Of a stretch of 64,000 nt of DNA, positions 58,668 to 64,000 are shown piece by piece (the first letter of the stretch is position 1; each line of letters opens with the position of its first letter). The notes below the pieces were generated by a model. The model saw only the letters and a program-made list of their open reading frames with translations. It made no database searches and was not told the DNA's origin. A program made the position numbers and the translations under genes. This stretch comes from Asterias rubens (lineage: Eukaryota): NCBI RefSeq assembly GCF_902459465.1, contig NC_047064.1, positions 704,762 to 768,761 on the forward strand, in the 5' to 3' direction.

Positions 58668-58900
58668 TCCGCACATTTCGCCGTGTCATGACATGTGTTT
58701 AAAATAAATCCGTAATTCTGGATATCGAGAATTGATATTGTTTTAATGTTTTCTCGAAAAGTAAAGCATTTCATGGAATAATATTTCAAGAGAAGTCTTT
58801 TACCATTACCTTCTGTAAACCCTGTAAGTTATTTGTAAATCTGTGAACTTAAAAAAAAAAAATGATGTTCCGAAAGTTTCCAATGGCTTTAATGTATCAG
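58668..58900 (+). repeat. Second copy of the 6066-6300 dispersed repeat, in CCNH intron 8
   Basis: See 6066-6300. Confidence 0.8.
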
Positions 58901-59084
58901 GCTTGTATAGACAGTTTTTTTTATAACTGCGTAAAGTTTTATGAAATCGGCTGCTGGACTTGTTTGGTCTTGAGTTTAGTGGCTCCATGCTAATGTCACT
59001 GGCCCCAGGCTCTATGTCATATGTTAATCACTAGATACAGTTTAAAAGATCTCTAATTCTTCTATATTGTTATTTCGAATTCAG

Positions 59085-59184
59085 TTACAAGAAGAAGGTC
59101 CAAGAATTACTGGATGCAGAAGATGAAGACTTCACACTAGAAAACTACACACAAAATGAGGTTGGTACGATGAGACTCCTTTAA
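59085..59184 (+). CDS. CCNH: Cyclin H terminal exon (IYKKKVQELLDAEDEDFTLENYTQNEVGTMRLL*), stop TAA 59182-59184
   Basis: The acceptor is ttcAG|T. The acidic tail corresponds to human 'ITKKRKGYEDDDYVSKK…'. The exact 3' end is uncertain because a GAG|GTTGGT donor at 59161 could splice to a further exon. Confidence 0.55.
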
Positions 59185-59329
59185 CTTCTTCTTTGTTGAT
59201 GTCTTCAAGTTCACAATCATTCCAATCTCCCAACCCCCCCCCCCCCCCCCACCAGTCTTCTGATCATTGAGAATAAATATAAACTAGAAGGGAAACTGAG
59301 TGGGTAAATTTATCAAAGAGTTGAGGTTG

Positions 59330-59440
59330 AACAAAGATAAATTGACTAGAGTGACACTCGAACCATCGACCTCCAAATTAAAGTGCAGGCGCTCTACCAT
59401 AGACTACCAACTGAGCTATCGAGCCCTATGTTGGCGGGCT
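59330..59440 (-). mobile_element. tRNA-like sequence (degenerate tRNA pseudogene or SINE head), reverse orientation, just after the CCNH stop
   Basis: The reverse complement reads GGGCTCGATAGCTCAGTTGGTAG…AGAGCGCCTGCACTTTAATTTGGAGGTCGATGGTTCGAGT…. The D and T arms are recognisable, but it has a 7-nt internal duplication and a mismatched acceptor stem, so it is not a functional tRNA. Confidence 0.5.
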
Positions 59441-59819
59441 CCCTATGTTGCCAATATCTTTGTTCGGGGGTGCCTTGACTGGCCGATTTCTACCGGTTGT
59501 CAACCACCAATAAATATAATACATCTTTTGTTGTCTTGTTTGCAACCTTTGTTTCCCTGTGAGTTGGTGTTTGGTATTTGCACCAACCACAAAAGATGTC
59601 CCAGTTGTTATTGCACTGTTTACTTTCCTCCAAGTACATGCTCTAATATTTTTATTGACAACACTTCCCTTCCATTGTTGATTAACAACTTGGTGAACAA
59701 ATGTGTTACCATGGTTACATTGTAGTTCAATAGATGCATGACCTACTACAGGCAAAGAGCTCACTATGGCAATAAACTAACACGACAAAGCATTCTAAAA
59801 CTTGAGTGTTGATCTTTGA

Positions 59820-60345
59820 AAGCAAACACAGGTTTTTGGTATAGACCTGCTTGAACGAAAATTTCAAGTCGTAAACTTTGCTGAAAATACTTAAAATATT
59901 TTCAAAGAATAGGGAAATCGAGTCATATGACTATAAACAGATTTCAATTGTATAAAAAAACAATCATTTTGAACGCCCTTATTCAGGGCTTTTCTGAGAG
60001 ATTTGCGAAAAGCCCTGTTACGTAATCACTCTCAAAACGTCATCTCTGGGAGCTCCAATTTGTAAAGCCGCTTTGTTGCAGCGTGGAGGCATAACAAAGC
60101 AAGCTCCCAGAGATGACGTCAGCAGCATTGTCCTTTGACGCGCACTCTCAACGGCACAAGTGTTTTTAGTTCTTCAAAACCTTTAGGTTGGGGCCTGATT
60201 TTTTAGTTGATAATTACGAAAAATTCAGAAGTGTACAAATATCAAAATTACATTAAAATGGTGAACAGGTGCATTATAAACAAGTTAAAATACCATTTCC
60301 GTTGAAAACATTCCGCTCAGGTAGCTGTTTAAAGTAATATTATTA
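59820..60345 (+). repeat. Segmental duplicate block A (copy 1); copy 2 at 62380-62885
   Basis: About 520 bp are near-identical (>95%) in the same orientation. The block contains a long hairpin-forming inverted repeat (ACGTCATCTCTGGGAGCTCC…GCAAGCTCCCAGAGATGACGTCAGC) with a TGACGTCA core. Confidence 0.85.
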
Positions 60346-60569
60346 TACGTCAGATTTCATCATTTGTATTCCACAGAGCTTGCTGTTTTCATAAGTTTAA
60401 AGACCATGAGTTTTTGTGTGGTAGGAACCGTACTTCCAGACTTGATTTTGTTTTTGTTGTAATGTATCGAGGGTGAATATTTAAACCAGAAATTGTTGTT
60501 GTTGGTGTGGTTGTTGTGTATTGGGTTTATTATTCTATGTTACAAATTGTATATATGTTTTTAGTTATG

Positions 60570-61095
60570 AAAAATAATCACTAGCACTCCGAACTAAATG
60601 ACATCATATTTGATATTTATGGCTGCTATAGTCACCTTCGTGTCGCTTTTTTCCTCTGCTTTTGAAAAAAAAGTAAAGCAATCCTTTATATATTTCCTTC
60701 ATACTTTCAAATTAGGTAAATAAATTGACCAAATTAATGCATGAAATAGTTCTGAACTCACGTTTTTACCCTAGTTATATCTTTCTCATCGGTTAAATGA
60801 CAAAGACTCTGCTACATGTAGGTCTGAAATGCGACGCCATTTTATGCGACGCCATTTCCACTTTTTACTTTTCTTTTCATCATGGATCAAACATTTTGTG
60901 CTTTCTTCCGACGCCACCCAGGGCGTATGACAATTTATTTTCAATCACTGAATGTAAGCAATAAAACATCGTTTTTAAAGCACACTTTAGAAATTAATAA
61001 CAATTTCAACGATGAACATCAATCATTCATGGGAATGTCAACTGAACCCTCAGTCCTGCCTTAGGCACAACAAAACAATCCAAAATAAAAATGAC
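60570..61095 (+). repeat. Segmental duplicate block B (copy 1); copy 2 at 61740-62235
   Basis: About 500 bp are near-identical (tttatggctgctatagtcaccttcgtgtcgc…caaaataaaaatga). The block order is A-B…B'-A', so this is not a simple tandem duplication. Confidence 0.85.
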
Positions 61096-61739
61096 ATCAT
61101 ATTTGATAAAAATGCTCAGCCGTTAGAGAAGCATTCCACCATGATTGCGACCACCGCATAATCAGTGCGCCAAACAGTTCTTACTCACAAACCATTGTGG
61201 GGTCGTTACACAGCGGAAAAATATACCCCACAAACAATGTCCTTTGTTCATTTTGGACCTAACGGAGGAATTCTTTAGAAAAGGGAATAAAAAAACAATA
61301 ATGGCTGGACCCCACAAACTCGATCTGTAAGGTTGCCTGTACTAGTAGTTGAGTCAGTTTCGCGAGCAAACTTAAAACTTGGTAATGTTCCAGACACGAT
61401 ATTCTTCCTACTTTAGTCCGATTTTCAATTTTTGTTGTCCTTGGGAAAGGTCTGAACAATTAAATTGCTTTTTAAATATATGAAAATTAAAGCCTACACC
61501 TTGTATACACGTAGGTCAGCCGTTGTGCTCGATAAAATATTCCTCTTTTTCCCAATGACCAAATACCATTCTTGATGTTCCTGCGCGCGAATGTTAGTGG
61601 AATTTAAAACGTTAGTCTGTGATTCGGTACTTAGAATCTATTTTTAGCATTAGTGCTGAGTCCTATTTATGATACGAATCATTTCTTGACAGTTTTAGAG
61701 AATTAGAGTAAGGTTGTATCGTGAATGGTTATATTTAGT

Positions 61740-62235
61740 ATTTATTTATGGCTGCTATAGTCACCTTCGTGTCGCTTTTTTTCCTCTGCTTTTGAAAAAA
61801 AAGTAAAGCAATCCTTTATATATTTCCTTCATACTTTCAAATTAGGTAAATAAATTGACCAAATTAATGCATGAAATAGTTCTGAACTCACGTTTTTACC
61901 CTAGTTATATCTTTCTCATCGGTTAAATGACAAAGACTCTGCTACATGTAGGTCTGAAATGCGACGCCATTTTATGCGACGCCATTTCCACTTTTTACTT
62001 TTCTTTTCATCATGGATCAAACATTTTGTGCTTTCCTCCGACGCCACCCAGGGCGTATGACAATTTATTTTCAATCACTGATCGTAGTTAACAACAAAGC
62101 AATAAAACATCGTTTTTAAAGCACACTTTAGAAATTAATAACAATTTCAACGATGAACATCAATCATTCATGGGAATGTCAACTGAACCCTCAGTCCTGC
62201 CTTAGGCACAACAAAACAATCCAAAATAAAAATGA
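61740..62235 (+). repeat. Segmental duplicate block B (copy 2)
   Basis: See 60570-61095. Confidence 0.85.
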
Positions 62236-62379
62236 GAACTTTCTATTGATCAGGTTTCATCATGTGTGTCCATTAGGTTGAGAATACTTCAAAATCAGCT
62301 TTGTCACTCCACTGAATAAGCTGTTTGACTTCAAAATAACAAGTGCAATGATTTACCCCCTACCTGACTCCTTAAAGAC

Positions 62380-62885
62380 CTGCTTGAACGAAAATGTCAA
62401 GTCGTAAACTTTGCTGAAATTCACTTAAAATGTTTTCAAAGAATAGGGAAATCGAGTCATATGACTATAAAAAGATTTCAATTGTGTAAAAAAACAATCA
62501 TTTTGAATGCCCTTATCCAGTGCTTTTCTGAGAGATTTGCGAAAAGCCCTGTTACGTAATCACTCTCAAAACGTCATCTCTGGGAGCTCCAATTTGTAAA
62601 GCCGCGCTGTTGCAGCGTGGAGGCATAACAAAGCAAGCTCCCAGAGATGACGTCAGCGGCATTGTCCTTTGACGCGCGCTCTCAACGGCAGAAGTGTTTT
62701 TAGTTTTTTCCAAAACCCTTAGGTTGGGGCCTGATTTTTTAATCGATTATTACGAAAAATTCAGAAGTGTGCACAAATCAAAATTACATTGAAATGGTGA
62801 ACAGGTGCATTATAAACAAGTTACAATACCATTTCCGTTGAAAACATTCCGCTCAAGTAGCTGTTTAACAACTTATTTGGGATGT
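62380..62885 (+). repeat. Segmental duplicate block A (copy 2)
   Basis: See 59820-60345. Confidence 0.85.
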
Positions 62886-63416
62886 TTTTCAAAAAGAGAT
62901 TAGCGGGAAACTTTTGAAGTTTGATCCTTGGAGGTAGACGTTGAATGGATTGACAGGTGGACAGAAATAAATGGTGATCTTTAGGTTCCCCCCAGGGTGT
63001 TTGTGTGAAGTGGGAGATATGCTATTGTTTCTTTTTTATTGGAGTGGATTGTTAAGGCCCTCAGGTACCCAAGGTGGGTGGGGTGGGGTGGGGGGGAGCG
63101 GTATGTGGGGCAAAGCAAGGTGCTGTTAAAAACACGCTTAACCAAGTCAAATCATACAACACTTGCGGCGCTATGAATTAATTACAGTTTGTCAATTAAT
63201 CACAAGATAATATGTGAGAACACTTGGTGAGAAAAAAGTTTACCCTGTTCTGAGAACAGTGTTTTGATTCGTCTTAAATCAAAGATGATCTGATGATTTG
63301 AGTGAAGACCATGTAGATGCTCAGAATTGAAATGATGTGAAACTTCCATTCAAAGGCAGAGTATACCTTTTTTAATTACGCCAAAAATTAATTACCAAAA
63401 GACTTGGTAAGAAGCA

Positions 63417-63800
63417 CTTGCATCTGTTGATTGTGTAGATCATTTCAAGAAACATTGCAAGAAACATTTCAAGAAACATTTCAAGAAACTTCTTAAGAAA
63501 CTTTTTAAGAAACATTTCAAGAAACATTTCAAGAAATGTTTCAAGAAATGTTTCTTGAAATGTTTCAAGAAACATTTCAAGAAACTTTTTAAGAAACATT
63601 TCAAGAAACGTTTCAAGAAACATTTCAAGAATAATTTCAAGGACTATTTCAAGAAACTTGTTAAGAAACATTTCAAGAAACATTTCAAGAAACATTTTTA
63701 ACATTTCAAGAAACATTTCAAGAAACATTTCAAGAAACATTTCAAGAAACATTTCAAGAAACAATTCAAGAAACATTTCAAGAAACATTTCCTTCAAAGA
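63417..63800. repeat. ~30 copies of the 12-bp unit GAAACATTTCAA (variants AAGAAACTTCTT, ATGTTTC), partly palindromic
   Basis: The array is directly visible. It creates the spurious minus ORFs MFLEMFLE… and FLKCFLK…. Confidence 0.9.
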
Positions 63801-64000
63801 AATGTAGTTTTAGAGAGAGAGAGGGATTTAAAATCATTTCAGTTTCTCAGATTGTGTATTTCCAGTTATGGATTATTCTCCTTCCGGAGACATAGCTGTA
63901 CACTACTACCTTTTGAAATGACATTTACACAGGTTAGTGTAAGATATATAACTACATTTACAAACAGTTCTAAAAATTACTTTCTAAAAAAATTACTTTC

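Noticed and set aside
59330-59440. Possible tRNA gene on the minus strand
   Set aside because: The D and T arms are present, but a 7-nt internal duplication and acceptor-stem mismatches argue for a pseudogene or SINE head. It is kept only as a low-confidence mobile-element feature.
63372-63797. 141-aa and 66-aa minus-strand ORFs (MFLEMFLE…, FLKCFLK…)
   Set aside because: These are artefacts of the 12-bp tandem repeat and not genes.
1-64000. Prokaryotic-style operon, defence island or biosynthetic cluster
   Set aside because: Every confidently identified gene is interrupted by GT-AG introns, and the proteins are metazoan (TEP1, cyclin H, a doublecortin-domain protein). The repeats are SINEs and MITEs typical of an animal genome.

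Overview
This is eukaryotic (metazoan, invertebrate-like) nuclear DNA, not a prokaryotic locus. It is AT-rich, with short GT-AG introns and many tRNA-derived SINEs, MITEs and minisatellites. I traced three protein-coding genes by hand, using splice consensus plus reading-frame continuity across exons. (1) A roughly 33 kb, 48-exon gene on the + strand (14907-48179) encodes an ortholog of telomerase-associated protein 1 / vault protein TEP1, with TROVE, NACHT P-loop ATPase and C-terminal WD40 regions; all exon phases are mutually consistent. (2) A 9-exon cyclin H (CCNH) gene on the + strand (50380-59184) starts only 2.2 kb after the TEP1 stop. (3) The first coding exon of a doublecortin-domain gene lies on the - strand (5130-5658). 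A further two-exon minus-strand gene (10756-11790) encodes an unrecognised protein with an Arg/Gly/Gln/His-rich tail. The remainder is repeat landscape: a roughly 380 bp MITE family with 30 bp TIRs (at least 10 copies), a second MITE family (TIR GGGCCCAATTTCATAAAG) of which one copy has ballooned into a 0.9 kb 24-bp satellite, a third hairpin MITE clustered just upstream of the TEP1 ATG, many tRNA-derived SINE fragments, an LTR-retrotransposon RT remnant, several exon-junction-derived tandem arrays, and a rearranged 0.5 kb segmental duplication near the 3' end. I see no prokaryotic-style defence or biosynthetic system. The most unusual observations are minisatellites seeded from exon/donor junctions in both TEP1 and CCNH, and lineage-specific low-complexity insertions in TEP1. 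All coordinates are from hand indexing of the printed sequence and could be off by a base or two at splice junctions.
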